A DNA stretch of 64,000 nt from Heterodontus francisci (taxonomy: Eukaryota). Location of the stretch: contig NC_090404.1 of the NCBI RefSeq assembly GCF_036365525.1, positions 18,545,134-18,609,133 of the forward strand. The letters run 5' to 3'. The notes beneath the pieces are model-generated. The model did no database searches. It was given only the letters and a program-made list of their open reading frames with translations, and was not told the DNA's origin. Shown here in pieces: positions 48,668 to 61,896 of the stretch (the stretch's first letter is position 1; every line of letters starts with the position of its first letter). The position numbers and the translations under genes were made by a program.

Positions 48668-49340
48668 TTGTCTGACATCCAGTATTGGATGAACAGAAAT
48701 TACCTCCAATTAAATATTGGGAAGTCTGAAGCCATTGTCTTCAGTTCCTGCTACAAACTGCACTCCCTGGCCATCAACTCTATCCCTCTCCGTGTCAACT
48801 GTCTGAGGCTAAACCAGCCCATTCATAACCTTGGTGTCATATTTGACCCCAAGATGAGATTCCAACTGCATATCGGCGCCATCACTCAACTTGACTATTC
48901 TAACACTCTCCTGGCCGGCCTCCCACATTCTACCCTCTGTAAACTTGAGATCATCCAAAACTCTGCTGTCTGTGTCCTTACTCGAACCCAGTCCTGTTCA
49001 CCCATCACCACTGTGCTCACTGGCCTACACAGACTCCCCATTAAGCAGCACCTCAATTTTAAAATCCTCATCCTTGTTTTCAAATCCCTCCATTCCCTCA
49101 CCATCTCTATAATCTCCTCCAGTCCTACAACCCTCCGAGAGATCAGGGATCATCTAATTCTGACATCTTGAGCATCCCTGATTTTCATTGCTCCACCACT
49201 GGTGGCCGTGCCTTCAGCTGCCAAGGCCATAACCTTTGGAAATCCCTCCCTAATCCTCTCCGCCTCTCTACCTCACCTTCCCTGATTCAGACACTGATTA
49301 AAACCCACCTCTCTGATGCAGCTTTTGGTCATCTGGGCTT
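48668..49340 (+). mobile_element. L2 3' fragment in the ZNF-C intron, same insertion as in A and B but without the SINE
   Basis: Same upstream junction catcctgacttgtctgacatcc. Confidence 0.85.
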
Positions 49341-49379
49341 CATGAAGCCACCTGCTTCTCACCTGCTGCACTCTCTGCC

Positions 49380-49746
49380 TCAGCCCCTGCCGGCCGCGAC
49401 TGGTCAGCTCACACGCTCCGCCCCCTCCCGGCTGATTGACGGCATCTCCGAACCAATAGGAAGAGCGGGCACGGGGCTGGAGGCGCGGGTGGGCGGGCAG
49501 GCGAAGGGTCCTCCAATCAATCCGAGCGAGAATCGGCACGAGAAGCAAGAAGTGGGCGGGGCCTTTCCTTCCACAGTCCCGCCCCCTCTTGCTATTGGTC
49601 CGCAGCTGCCGTCAATTATCAGGAAATTTCTCGCAGGCGGGAAGCTTGCGGAGACGCCGGCGCCGGCGCATTGCGGCACAGTGTTTGGAGCATGCGCAGT
49701 GCGAGTGATGGCTGTGGAGTGACATTTGTGACTCGCATCCGTAAGT
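49380..49746 (+). promoter_or_regulatory. CpG-island promoter between divergent ZNF-C and ZNF-D
   Basis: CCAAT at about 49453 and 49513, attgg at about 49594, GC boxes, gcatgcgc near 49690, donor-like GTAAGT at 49741; inverted homologue of the ZNF-A promoter. Confidence 0.78.
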
Positions 49747-51107
49747 CGCCAGCTTTCCAGCTGTTTTTTGGGGAGGGGGAAACTAAGGATTAATAAACTG
49801 TAACATCAAAGGGCAAAACTTTAAAGGAAACTGAGCTCAGTTATAAAGAGGCCTGGGGGAGGGGAGGGAGGAACCATTTGGGACACAGCACAGGGCAGGA
49901 GGTCCCCCCTCCCCCACTCCCTGGTTCCACAAAGACTCCCCTTGGACTGGGCCACACCTGGGCAGGGCTGGCTCAAGGTGCAGGAAGCTGCAAGCTGATA
50001 GGCTGAGCTGTGGACTGGGAGGAGTTGGGAGGTTTGATTGACAGGCCTGGGGAGGGGGATATCAGGGCAGGTACACACACTGCTCCCCCTTTTCCTCCTG
50101 GGATGTTTTACTGGAGTCGTGTTGCTGAGTGTTTCTAAACTCTGTCTCCCTATCCCGGTAATGTCGGTGGATTGGAGGTTGCTGTGAGTGTTGGACTATG
50201 TTGCCTCTCCTCATTCTTCCTCCTTCTCCCAATCCGAGTTCCAGGCTGCAGGCTCCGGTGGCTCGATGCACAAGAAATGTGAACTCTGTTTTTCTCTCTC
50301 CACAGATGCTGCCTGACCTGCTGAGTATTTTCCAGCATTTTCTCCTTTTATTTCAGATTTCCAGCTTCCGCAATATTTTGCTTTTGTTTTATCGCAGGCG
50401 TGGCGCACAGAACTGAGTCAAGAAACACAGACGGACCAATTAAGAGCAGGTTTGTGTCAAGGTGGATGTTGGATGCGGAAGTTGGACTCTGACCTGTGTC
50501 TGTCTTTTTTGTTGCATTAGTTGGAGTAGGAGTGCAGCTGGAGGAGAAGCTGCTGGGTTTAAGCCCGAGTACTTTTGAGCCCAGTCGGGTACAACAGTTT
50601 CCACTGTGAGACTGTCAAGGGGGATAGATTGGAGTAGAATGTGCAGCAGGGAGCATGCATGATCATCCTGGGCCAGGAAGCAGGAGGGGAGAATGTTGTG
50701 AATTTCTATCCTGACTGACAGTGATGGCTTTTGAAAATTCCTTTCACAGGGTATAAGAACGGGATGATTTGCAGACAGGAATGTCAAGCTAAAAATCATG
50801 TCAATATCTAACAGAGTCACAGATCATCAGGACCTGAATATCATTGGCTTTTGAATGTGGAATGAGAAATGTTTGTCGATTCTAAGTGTGCAAAAAGATT
50901 TCAAACATCAGCGTGACTGGAAACAAACCGACACACACACCCGAGTGAGAGTGTTCCAGTGCACTGACTGTGGAAAGAGCTTTAACCAGTTATACAGCTG
51001 AAACAAATCGCATCATTGACAATGGGCAGAAATCATTGAGGTGTTCTGTGTGTCGACGAGGCCTCAACTGATCATCCAACCTGGAGAGACACGAGGACAC
51101 CTGCACC

Positions 51108-51833
51108 ACGGAGAAGCTATGGAAATGTGGTGACTGTGGGAAGGGATTCAATTTCCCATCCAAGCTGGAAACTCATCGACGAAGTCACACTGGAGAGAGG
51201 CCGTTCACCTGCTCTGTGTGTAGGAAGGGATTCACTAAGTCATCCAACCTGCTGGCACACGAGCGGGTTCACACTGGGGAGAGGCCCTTCACCTGCTCCG
51301 AGTGTGAGAAAAGATTCAGTCAGTCATCCGACCTGCTGTTACACCAGCGAGTTCACACTGGCGAGAGGCCATTTAAATGTTCTGACTGTGAGAAGAGCTT
51401 TAAAAGGAAAAGTGATCTACAGACACACCAACGAACTCACACTGGGGAGAGGCCGTTTACCTGCTTAGAGTGTGGAAAGGGATTCAATCAGTTGTCCAAC
51501 CTGCAGAGACACCAGCGAGTTCACACTGGGGAGAGGCCATTCACCTGCTCTGAGTGCGAGAAGGGATTCACTGACTCATCCACCCTGCTGAGACACCAGC
51601 GAGTTCACACTGGAGAGAGGCCGTTTAAATGTTCTGACTGTGAGAAGAGTTTTAAAAGAACAGCAGATCTACAGACACACCAACACACTCACACTGGGGA
51701 GAGGCCGTTCACCTGCTCAGAGTGTGGGAAGGGATTTGCTCGGTTATCCACCCTGCTGAGACACCAGCGAGTTCACATATCACTGCAGGGGTTGGATTCT
51801 ACTGTTGCTGCTGTCAATCACATCCAGAACTGA
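51108..51833 (+). CDS. ZNF-D: 8 intact C2H2 fingers, no in-frame ATG (ACG at 51108); gene or young pseudogene
   Basis: Open frame [10 protein letters not shown]...HQRVHISLQ...; acceptor at 50748-50749; donor at 50158; decayed fingers at 50870-51100. Confidence 0.7.
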   Translation, partial: TEKLWKCGDCGKGFNFPSKLETHRRSHTGERPFTCSVCRKGFTKSSNLLAHERVHTGERPFTCSECEKRFSQSSDLLLHQRVHTGERPFKCSDCEKSFKRKSDLQTHQRTHTGERPFTCLECGKGFNQLSNLQRHQRVHTGERPFTCSECEKGFTDSSTLLRHQRVHTGERPFKCSDCEKSFKRTADLQTHQHTHTGERPFTCSECGKGFARLSTLLRHQRVHISLQGLDSTVAAVNHIQN

Positions 51834-51837
51834 ATCA

Positions 51838-54115
51838 TGACTCGAATCCTGTTTCCAGTGGGGTTCCACAGGGCTCAGTACCAAGTCCCTTGTTCTTTCT
51901 GGTATATATCAATGATTTAGACTCAAATATAGGGAGCATGATTAAAAAGTTTGCAAATGAGACAAAAAGTGGCCATGTGGTTGACAGTGAGGAAGAAAGC
52001 TGTAAACTGCAGGAAGATATCAATGAACTAGTCAGGTAGGCAGCCGGATTAATTAAGGAAATACAGCATGGATTTCTTAAGGGGAACTGATGTTTAACTA
52101 ATTTGCTGGAGTTTTTTGAAGAAGTAACAGAGAGGGTTTATGAGGGCAATGCTGTTGATGTGTTGTTCATGGACTTTCAAAGGCCTTTTGATACAGTGCC
52201 AGACAACAGACCAGTGAGCAAGGTTATCGCTCATGGAATAAAAGGGACAGTCGCAACATGGATACAGAATTGGCTGAGTGACTGGAATAAAGAGTAGTGG
52301 ATGTTTTCGGGCTGGAGGAAGGTTTGTAGTGGAGTTCCCCAGGGGTCAGAGTTGGGACCCTTGTTTTTTCTGAAATATATTAATGACCTAGACCTTGGTG
52401 TACAGAGCACAACCTTCAAGGTTTGCAAATATGAAAGCATTGTGAATTGTGAAGAGTTTAGTGTAGAACTTCAAAGGACATAGATAAGTTGGTAGAATGG
52501 GCAGATAGATGGCAGCTGAAGTTCAATGCAATGAGATGTGAAGTGATTCATTTTGGTAGGACGAACGTGGAGAGATAATATAAAGGGTACAATTCTAAAG
52601 TGGGTGCAGAAGCGGAGGGACCTAGGTGTCATAAGTCATTAAAAGAGGCAGGACAGGTTGGGAGAGCAGTTAATAAAGCATACAGTATCCTGGGCTTTAT
52701 TAATAGGGGCACAGAGTACAAGAGCAAGGAGGTTATAACTTGTATAAGACACTAGTTCGGCCTCAGCTGGAGTATTGCATCCAGTTCTGGGTGCCGTACT
52801 TTAGGAAAGACGTGAGGGCATTGGAGAGAGTACAGAAAAGATTCATGAGAATGGTTCGAGGGATGAGGAACTTCAGTTATGAAGATAGATTGGAGAAGTT
52901 AGGACTGTTTTCCTTGGAGAAGAGAAGGCTGAGAGGTGATTTGATAGAGATATTAAAAATCATGAGGGGTCTGGACAGGGTAGATAGAGAGAAACTGTTC
53001 CCACTCGTGAAAGGATCGAGAACGAGAGGGCACAGATTGAAAGTATTTGGTAAGAGAAGCAGAAGTGACATGAGGAGGAACTTTGTCACGCAGCGAGTGG
53101 TTAAGGTCTGGAATGCGCTGCCTCAGAGTGGGGTGGAGGCAGGTTCAATTGAAGCATTCAAAAGGGAATTACACAGTTCTATGAAAAGGAAGCATGTGTA
53201 GGGTTACGGGGAGAAGGCGGGGGAATGGAACTGAGTGAATTGCTCTTTTGGAGAGCCAATGCAAACATGATGGGCCGAATGGTCTCCTTCTGTGCTGTAC
53301 CAATTCTGTGAAATGACAAATGGAATTCAATCCAGAGAAGTGTGGGGTAATGCATTTGGGGAAGGTGAAATAGGCAAAGGAATCCACAATAAATGGTAGG
53401 ATACTGAGATTTGCAGAGAAACAGAGGGACCTTGGAGTTCATGTCCACAAATTCCTGAAGGTGGCTGGACAGGTCGCTAGGGTGGTTAAGAAGGCAGACA
53501 TGATGCTTGCTTTTATTGGCCGAAGCATAGGATGTAAGAACTGGGAGGTTATACCGGAACTGTATAAAACACTGGTTAGACCACAGCTGGAATACTGTGT
53601 GCAGTTCTGGTCACTGCATTACAGCAAGAATGTGATTGCATTAGAGAGGGTACAGAGGAGATTTACAAGGATGTTGCCAGGATTGGAGAATTTTAGCTGT
53701 GAGGAAAGATTGGTTAGGCTAGGGTTGTTTTCTGTGGAACAGAAAAGGCTGAGGTGTATAAAATTGTGAGGATCTGAGATAGAGTGGGTAGGAAGGAGCT
53801 GTTTCCATTATCAGAGAGGTCAATGACCAGGGACATAGATTTAAACTAATTGGCCGAAGGATTGGAAGACAGTTGAGAAATCTTTTCACCCAGAGGGTTG
53901 GGGGGTTGGTTTCTGGAACTCACTGACTGAAAGGGTGATCGAGGCAGAAACCCTCATCACATTTAAAAAGTAATTGGATATGAAATTGAGGAGCCGTAAC
54001 CTACGAGGCTACAGACCATGAGCTGGGAAGTGGGATTAGACTGGATAACTCTTAATGGCCAGTGTGGACATGATGGGCTGAATGGCCTCCTTCTGAGCCA
54101 TAACTTTTCTATGTT
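51838..54115 (+). mobile_element. Nested CR1 fragments within the ZNF-D 3' UTR
   Basis: [28 protein letters not shown] motifs; two 3' tails (about 53300 and about 54100). Confidence 0.88.
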
Positions 54116-54119
54116 TCCG

Positions 54120-54480
54120 TAATGACATTTGGCCTTTGTTTCTGCTGATGAGAATAATCCCTATAACTGGGCTGGACTTTAATATTCTGGATAAACATCA
54201 ATTAAATCAGCTTTGTTTTAAACACATTGTTGTAGATTTTTGTCTTTCCCACCTGAGTGTTTAGCATCACCTGGCTGGAGTTCAGAAAGGACAATCTGGG
54301 GGGAGGATCGTACGGCAGGAACAGAACTTCAGCCTGAACACAGTCCTTCTTCCATGGTTCAGAGCTCCTGGGCACGGAACAGAAGGCTCCTTTACAACTG
54401 TGTTTAGAGTCAGGAAGAACAACGGTGAATGCTGGAAACGTGCTGTCAAATCAGAGATTGGTGTAAAACTGTGATCTGTT
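54120..54480 (+). terminator. ZNF-family 3' end with ATTAAA (54201-54206); inverted homologue at 59025-59460 with AATAAA (59391-59396, minus strand)
   Basis: Direct reverse-complement homology; a GT-rich stretch follows each signal. Confidence 0.6.
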
Positions 54481-56369
54481 CCTGACTGAAAGTGAAACGG
54501 CAGGTTTAAATTTCCAGTCTGAAAATGACTGTGGTAATTATTCTACAAATCGTCAATGTATTTTGTGTAACAGTTCTGAGTCTGCCATTTTAAGGCAGGT
54601 GTTAACTCATTTAAAATATACCTGTTTAAAATAAATTGGTCCAAGTCTGCATTAAAATAACAGATGGAGGAGTTCACAGGACCCTGTTAACTGCTGGTAC
54701 AAATATACAACAGACATTTGATCTCCAGATAAAGATGGGCCTGCAGCGAGTTTCCAGGAATTCCCTGTTTTATTGATGTGTGAATGTTAGACACCAGGAT
54801 AACTAAAAATACACGACCCTGAATATCCACGGTGGGTGCGATCCTGACAGTTACTCTGGGATCACTCACGCTGTGGAACTCCCCCACTGACCCTGCTGAA
54901 GGTTGTAGTCTCGGGGAGTGGGGCCTCCAGGAGTGGACGGTAAGAAAGCTGGGTTTCAGTATCCTGACAGATACATGGTGAGGACTAGAGGAATCCTTAC
55001 TAAGGAACTGTCTGGGGTTTTACCTGTCAGCGTAGGTCCAGGGGTGAATGATGCCTGACTCCCCGAACTGTCTTACATTGAACACAGTTTGGAACAAGAT
55101 GAATTTAGTTTCCAGGAGAATACGACAATTGAGGGAGACAAAAGCAGCCATTAGAGAAGCTGAGAGATCTTTAAAAAAGATGGTGCACCATTGTATTGAT
55201 AATAGTGAAATCTTTTCCAGCTACATTTGGAGTCAGAGACATAGTAAAATAGAGTTACAGAGAATTACAGTGAGTACATAGAGTCACATTGAATCGACAG
55301 CAGTGGTTCTCAAAGTTTTTTGGTTGATCCTCTTTTCAAATGGATAAGGAATCACAGACCCCACCCCACATGAATTATACTATAAACTTGTACATCTACA
55401 ATTCTGAATGTAAAGTTCATCAGTGTCCTGTTAAAGGGACTTGCAGGAAAGTTTACCAGGGCTGTTCGATATAGTGAACATTGATGTGATTGGTGATGTG
55501 AAAACTTTTATCCTCCCTTCAGCTGAAAGGTAACCCGACAGGAAATATCCACTGAGTCTCATTGTAAAATTAATTCAATAGTGAAAATGATACATTTGAG
55601 TTTAATTCAGCTTTCTCTCACCTCCCAGTGGGCCTGTCCTGTCCTGTCACTGCTGGGTCAGGTCCTGTCCAGTTCCACCAGCCCTGATAACATGGGCCAT
55701 CTCGACATCCATGTGTGAGAAAGACAATCCCAGATCTGATTTGCTCCAAATTAAATTTCATGTCTAATTGAAGGGCCTCATTTCACTCCTGGGGGTGGAT
55801 TACATTTTGAGGTTAAAATTATCTTGAGGGTAAGATTAACATTAAAGTGACAACACACGCTGTGTCCACCCATCATTCTCCCAGATGCACCATCTCCTCA
55901 CAGTCAGGATCATGTGTCTATGAAGGGGAGGTTGTTGTCCTGTCTAGACCACCCTGAATACCCTTGCTCCGTAACTGTCAGGAATAGAAGGTCCTGGGAT
56001 TGTGAGAGGAGTCTCAGGGCATCAGTCTCAGTGATCCTGTAAAATAGAGGGACACATGAGTGGGAGGAGGCCATTCTGCTCCTCAAGCCCGTTCCTCCAT
56101 TCAAATACATCATGACTGATCTGTATCTCAGCTGCACTTACCCAGTTTGGTTCCATATTCCCTAATAACATCACCCAGTAAAAATGTCAGTCTCAAGTTT
56201 TGAAATTCACTCTGTCAGTCTCTCACTGTCAATCTCTCACACTCTCTCTCTCTGTTCTGTCTCTTGATTTACAGACCTGACTCAATTTCTCCTTCATTTA
56301 CAGATGCTCTCTAACCAGTCCCATTTCTCCTTTCTCTACCAATACTCCCTGGCCAGTTCCCATTTGTCA

Positions 56370-56775
56370 GTCAGGGCTTCGTTGAAGGCACACTTGGTTA
56401 TGAGTCAGAAGGTTGTGGGTTCAAGACGCACTCAAGGACTTGAGCACAAAAATCTAGGCAGGCACTCCAGTGCAGGACTGAGGGAGTGCTGCACTGTCGG
56501 AGGTGTCAACATTAAACTGAGGCCTGGCCTGTCCTCCCTGGTAGATGTAAACCTCTCATGGCACTATTTCAAAGAAGAGCAAAGGGATATCCCAGTGTCC
56601 TGGCTAATATTTAACATCACATTAAACATCACAGAGAGAGATTTATCACAATGCTGCTTATGGGAGTTTGCTTTGTGTGTATTGTGCTGTGTTTTCCAGC
56701 ATCACAATGAATACTCTTGAAAACTGCTTGATTGGCTTTGGGACGTCCTGTGGTCATGAAATGCAAGGCTTTTTC
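56370..56775 (+). mobile_element. DeuSINE/SacSINE1-like SINE
   Basis: gagtcagaaggttgtgggttcaag head and actgagggagtgctgcactgtcggaggtg core. Confidence 0.7.
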
Positions 56776-56784
56776 TCAAAAGAA

Positions 56785-56965
56785 AATGCCTCCATTTACA
56801 GACGCTCCCTGACCAGGCACCATTGCTCCTTTATTTACCAACCCTCATTAGCAAGTCCTCATTTGTCCTCCATTTACAGACGCTCCCTGACCAGTCCCCA
56901 ATTTTCTTCCATTTACAGACGCTCCCTGACCATTTCCCTTTCCCCTCCATTTACAGACGGTCCCT
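56785..56965. repeat. Tandem repeat, unit about 39 bp
   Basis: ccatttacagacgctccctgacc recurring 4-5 times. Confidence 0.75.
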
Positions 56966-57049
56966 GAGAGTTCCCAGCTCTTGCTGTTCCTCTCGGAGTT
57001 TGCCGCTGACACTGCGCTTTCCTGCTGGGGTGAACCCAGGACCTGCTCC

Positions 57050-57420
57050 CCCCCCAGGGTTTATTAACCCACTCCCTCCACACCTCTAAACTGGCAGCTC
57101 ACAATGTCCGACTGATTGATGGCAACTCCGGACCAATGGGAAGAGTGGGGAGGGGATGGAGGACTAACCGGGAAGGTAGTCCTCCAGTCAATCGGAGTGA
57201 ATCAGTGGGTGGGACAGAGGCCGGATCTCCCTCTTTGGATGACACTCTGCATCATTTTGAAAGCTGATTTTTCTCAAACTCCAGGAGCAAACTGTCCCTG
57301 TTCTGTTGTGGCTTTAAACAGATGAAACCCTGTGGGTGTGGAGCAAACATTTCAACATTTGTTAGTGAAATGGATTCATTCAGGACAGACAGGAGGGATT
57401 ATTTCAGGAAATAACACAGT
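57050..57420 (+). promoter_or_regulatory. Orphan, CpG-decayed copy of the ZNF promoter cassette
   Basis: ctgattgatggcaactccggaccaatgggaagagtggg vs ctgattgacggcatctccgaaccaataggaagagcggg at 49432. Confidence 0.6.
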
Positions 57421-57837
57421 GCAGTGATTGTTTCTCTTTCAACACTTCCCTTGGAGAACAGTGTGAATTAGTGGAAGGATTCACAGGCTGTTTAACACTC
57501 CTTCCATGACTGGAACCATTTGATTCCAGCTGATCTGTTGGTCAGTCTTTAACTGGGAGAGTTTGATGAGCTCCCACAGCTCACACAATGGAGGTGGACA
57601 GTCACACTCACCAGACATAGCTATGAACTCCCTGTAAATCCAACCCTATGCTATCTGAATGAAAGCTCACTGACCTGAAACGTTAACTCTGCTTCTCTCT
57701 CCACTGATGCTGACAGACTTGCTGGGTATTTCCAGCACTTTCTGTTTTTACCTGTGATTTCAGTTTTGTAACCATCTTTCCATCCATTCTGCTGCCTGGT
57801 CCTTCACTCCACACAGCCTGATCTTGGTCTCCTTGCA

Positions 57838-58845
57838 GATTGTACAGACTGTTATGGATAGCGAGCTGGTTACAAAACAGAAAACAGAGAGTAGGGGTTA
57901 AGAGTAGCTACTCAGACTGGCGGAAGGTGGGAAGTGGTGTTCCACAGGGAGCGGTGCTGGGATCACTGTTATTCACCATTTACATAACCGATTTAGACTC
58001 GGGAATCGGAAGTACAATTTCAAAGTTTGCAGATGACACCAAGTTGGGAGATCGAGTTACTCCTGAGGAAAACTGACAAAATGCACAAAGACTTCAGTAA
58101 ACTTGCAGAATGGGATTGTAATTGGCGGATGAATTTCAATATAGATAAATGTGCTGTGATGTATTTTGGTAGGAAGAATAAGGAGGCCACAAACTACTTG
58201 GAAAATAAGAGTCTAAATGGGGCAGAGGAGCAAAGGGATCGAGGGCACAGATACACAGACCAATAAAAGTAGCAACGCAAGTTAATAAAGCCATAAAAGC
58301 AGCAAATGAAGCATTGGGGTTAATTTCTAGAGGGATATAATTGAAAAGAAGTGAAGTTATGTTCAACTTGTATTGAAGCTTGGTTAGTCAACATTTGGAG
58401 AACTGTGAACAGTTCTGGTCTCTATTATAAACAGGATCTGGAGGCATTGGATAAGGTGCAAAGAAGATGTGCAGGTTGGTCCTAGAACTGAGAGGATTAA
58501 CTTATCAGGAAAGGCTGAACAGGCTGGAGCTCTTTTCCAGGAGATAAAGGAGATGGTCGATGGGTGATCTGATAGAGGTCTTTAAGGTTATTAAAAAGTT
58601 ATAAAGGGAGGACGTAGAGGAAATGTTTCCACTTGTGGGGATTCCAAAACTAGAGATGATAAATATCAGTCACAAATAAATCCGGTAGGGAATACAGGAG
58701 AACCTTCTTTACCGAAGAGGGAAGAATGTGGAATGTGCTACTACAGGGAGTAGTTGAGGTGAAGAGCAGAGATACATTTAAGGGGAAGCTAGATAAGTAC
58801 ACGAGGGAGAAAGGAATGGAAGGATATACTGATCGGGTTTGATGA
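57838..58845 (+). mobile_element. CR1 fragment
   Basis: [10 protein letters not shown]...[10 protein letters not shown]. Confidence 0.88.
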
Positions 58846-60092
58846 ATTGTGCACCATCTTCTTTTCCAAAGATATCTCAGCTTCTCTAAAGGCTGCTTTT
58901 GTCTCCCTCAATTATGGGTGATATTTGTCCCTATTCTCCTAAAAACAGAATCCATCTTGTTCCAACCTGGGTTCCAATGTAAGACAGTTCGGGGAGTCAG
59001 GAATTATTCAGATCACAGTTTTACCCCGGTCTCTGATTTGACAGCACGTTTCCAGCATTCACCGTTGTTCTTCCTGACTCTAAACACAGTTGTAAAGGAG
59101 CCTTCTGTTCCGTGCCCAGGAGCTCTGAACCATGGAAGAGAGCGGCTGGGACACATTTCTTACAGGCCTCAGGATTAACCCACATGGGAACTTTGCTGTC
59201 AGTGAAGAGAGACGAGAAAGACCGTTTGTCCCTCTCAGTGTGATCCTGAAGGACTGTGTTCAGGCTGAAGTTTTGTTCCTGCCGTACGATCCTCCCCCCA
59301 GATTGTCCTTTCTGAGCTCCAGCCTGGTGATGCTAAACACTCAGGTGGGAAAGACAAAAATCTACAACAGTGTGTTTAAAACAAAACTGATTTATTTGAC
59401 ATTTATCCAGAATATTAAACTCCAGCCCAGTTACAAGATTAATATTGGCCGAAATGTCAAATTAGAAACATAGAAAATTTACAGGAGAAGGAGGCCATTC
59501 AGTCCATTGTGTACATCCCAAATTACATTTGATTTTACGTTTTAAGTCTTTTGTTATAAACAACTAAACTAAAAGAAATCCCCAATTGACTAAATAGCAC
59601 TTTGAAAATAGCTGATACAATCAAAGGTTTTTCTTAACTTATTCAACACTTGAATATCTCACACCACACTGATACATTACACAGTCCTTTTTGATGACGA
59701 AATCCTTTGTGGTTAAAAGACCCAAATTCCTCCCAGTCAATGGGCTGGATCTCCCAGACTTACAACAAAAAAACAAAATTTTCCTTCTCTCACCTGTCCA
59801 AGCACTTCTGACCTGCACATCCATGGACAATGTGATTTCTGGTGATCTTGTGGGCCCTTTACTCCTCCGCAAACTTCGCTGTATATCTTCAGAGAGCAGG
59901 CGCTCACTCTCTCTCTAGCTTCCCCTGCTGGGTGTCTTCTCTTACAGCTTCCCTTGAGGCCTCACCCTCATGGGTTCTCTTCTCACAGCCTGTTTGAGGC
60001 CACAATGTGATGGTTTATTCCTTACAGCCTGTTATTCTCCAGAAAGTCTGTTAAATTTATCTGGTCCGAGAATTCAATAGTTTATTCTTCTT

Positions 60093-61896
60093 TGGCCTCC
60101 TTGTCTCGAGAGACAATGGGTAAGCGCCTGGAGGTGGTCAGTGGTTTGTGGACAGCGCCTGGAGTGGCTATAAAGGCCAATTCTAGAGTGACAGAGTCTT
60201 TTACAGGTGCTGCAGATAAAATTGGTTGTCGGGGCTGTTACACAGTTGGCTCTCCCCTTGCGCTTGTCTTTTTTCCTGCCAACTGCTAAGTCTCTTCGAC
60301 TCGCCACACTTTAGCCCTGCTTTTATGGCTGCCCGCCAGCTCTGGCGATCGCTGGCAACTGACTCCACGACTTGTGATCAGTGTCACAGGACTTCATGTC
60401 GCGTTTGCAGACGTCTTTAAAGCGGAGAAATGGACGGCCAGTGGGTCTGATACCAGTAGCGAGCTCGCTGTACAATGTGTCTTTGGGGATCCTGCCATCT
60501 TCCATGCGGCTCACATGGCCAAGCCATCTCAAGCGCCGCTGGCTCAGTAGGGTGTATAAGCTGGGGATGTTGGCCGCCTCGAGGACTTCTGTGTTGGAGA
60601 TACGGTCCTACCACCTGATGCCAAGTATTCTCCGGAGGCAGCGAAGATGGAATGAATTGAGACGTCGCTCTTGGCTGACATACGTTGTCCAGGCCTCACT
60701 GCCGTAGAGCAAGGTACTGAGGACACAGGCTTGATTCACGTGGACTTTTGTGTTCCGTGTCAGTGCGCCATTTTCCCACACTCTCTTAGCCAGTCTGGAC
60801 ATAGCAGTGGAAGCCTTTCCCATGCGTTTGTTGATTTCTGCATCGAAAGACAGGTTACAGGTGATAGTTGAGCGTAGGTAGGTGAACTCTTGAACCACTT
60901 CCAGAGGGTGGTCACCGATATTGATGGATGGAGCATTTCTGACGACCTGTCCCATGATGTTCGTTTTCTTGAGGCTGATGGTTAGGCCAAATTTGTTGCA
61001 GGCAGCCGCAAACCTGTCGATGAGATTCTGCAGGCACTCTTCCGTGTGAGATGTTAATGCAGCATCGTCAGCAAAGAGAAGATCCCTGATGAGGACTTTC
61101 CGTACTTTGGTCTTCGCTCTTGGACAGGCAAGGTTGAACAACCTGCCATCTGATCTTGCGTGGTGGAAAATTTCTTCTTCTGAAGACTTGAACGCATGTG
61201 AGAGCAGCAGGGAGAAGAAAATCCCAAACAGTGTAGGTGCGAGGACAGAGCCCTGTTTCACGCCACTCAGGATAGGAAAGGGGTCTGATGAGGCCCGGCT
61301 ATGCAGAATTGTGCCTTTCATATTGTCATGGAATGAGGTGATGATACTTAGTAGCTTTGGTGGACATCCGATCTTTACTAGTAGTCTGAAGAGACCACGT
61401 CTGCTGACGAGGTCAAAGGCTTTGGTGAGATCAATGAAAGCAACGTAGCGGAGCATCTGTTGTCCGCGGCATTTCTCCTGTAGCTGACGAAGGGAGAACA
61501 GCATGTCAATGGTGGATCTCTCTGCTCGAAAGCCACACTGTGCCTCAGGGTAGACACGCTCAGCCAGTTTCTGGGGCCTTTTTAAAGCATTGGGGCCGAC
61601 CATGACTCATGGCCCTCCTGCCTTGGGCGCTGTGGCATTGGAAGGATGAATGAGAGTGGACAGAGACTGCTCGAGTTGTGTACCTACCACAACCTCTGCA
61701 TCACCAACTCGTTCTTTCACAATAAACCCTGTCACCAGGTTTCATGGAGACACCCAAGATCACGTCATTGGCACCAGCTGGACCTCATCGTCACAAGGCG
61801 AGCCTCTTTAAACCACACGCAGCTTCCACAGTGCGGACTGCGACATCGACCACTCCCTGGTGTGCAGCAAGGTTAGACTCAAACCAAAGCAGCTGC
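60093..61896 (-). mobile_element. RTE LINE insertion with inverted 5' segment (61590-61896 on +)
   Basis: RT ORF 60608..61603 (QCGFR, FIDLTKAFD, FADD); APE piece MNESGQRLLELC...HQLDLI on the opposite strand; TSD atagtttattcttctt. Confidence 0.9.

Noticed and set aside
51069-51071. Shared TGA in ZNF-D/E as selenocysteine or read-through
   Set aside because: It sits at a helix position best explained by CGA-to-TGA decay; the surrounding fingers have other stops and frameshifts, and no SECIS was seen
55301-55370. hAT/Charlie-like terminal inverted repeat cagtggttctcaaa
   Set aside because: No matching second TIR or 8-bp TSD found; at most a fragment
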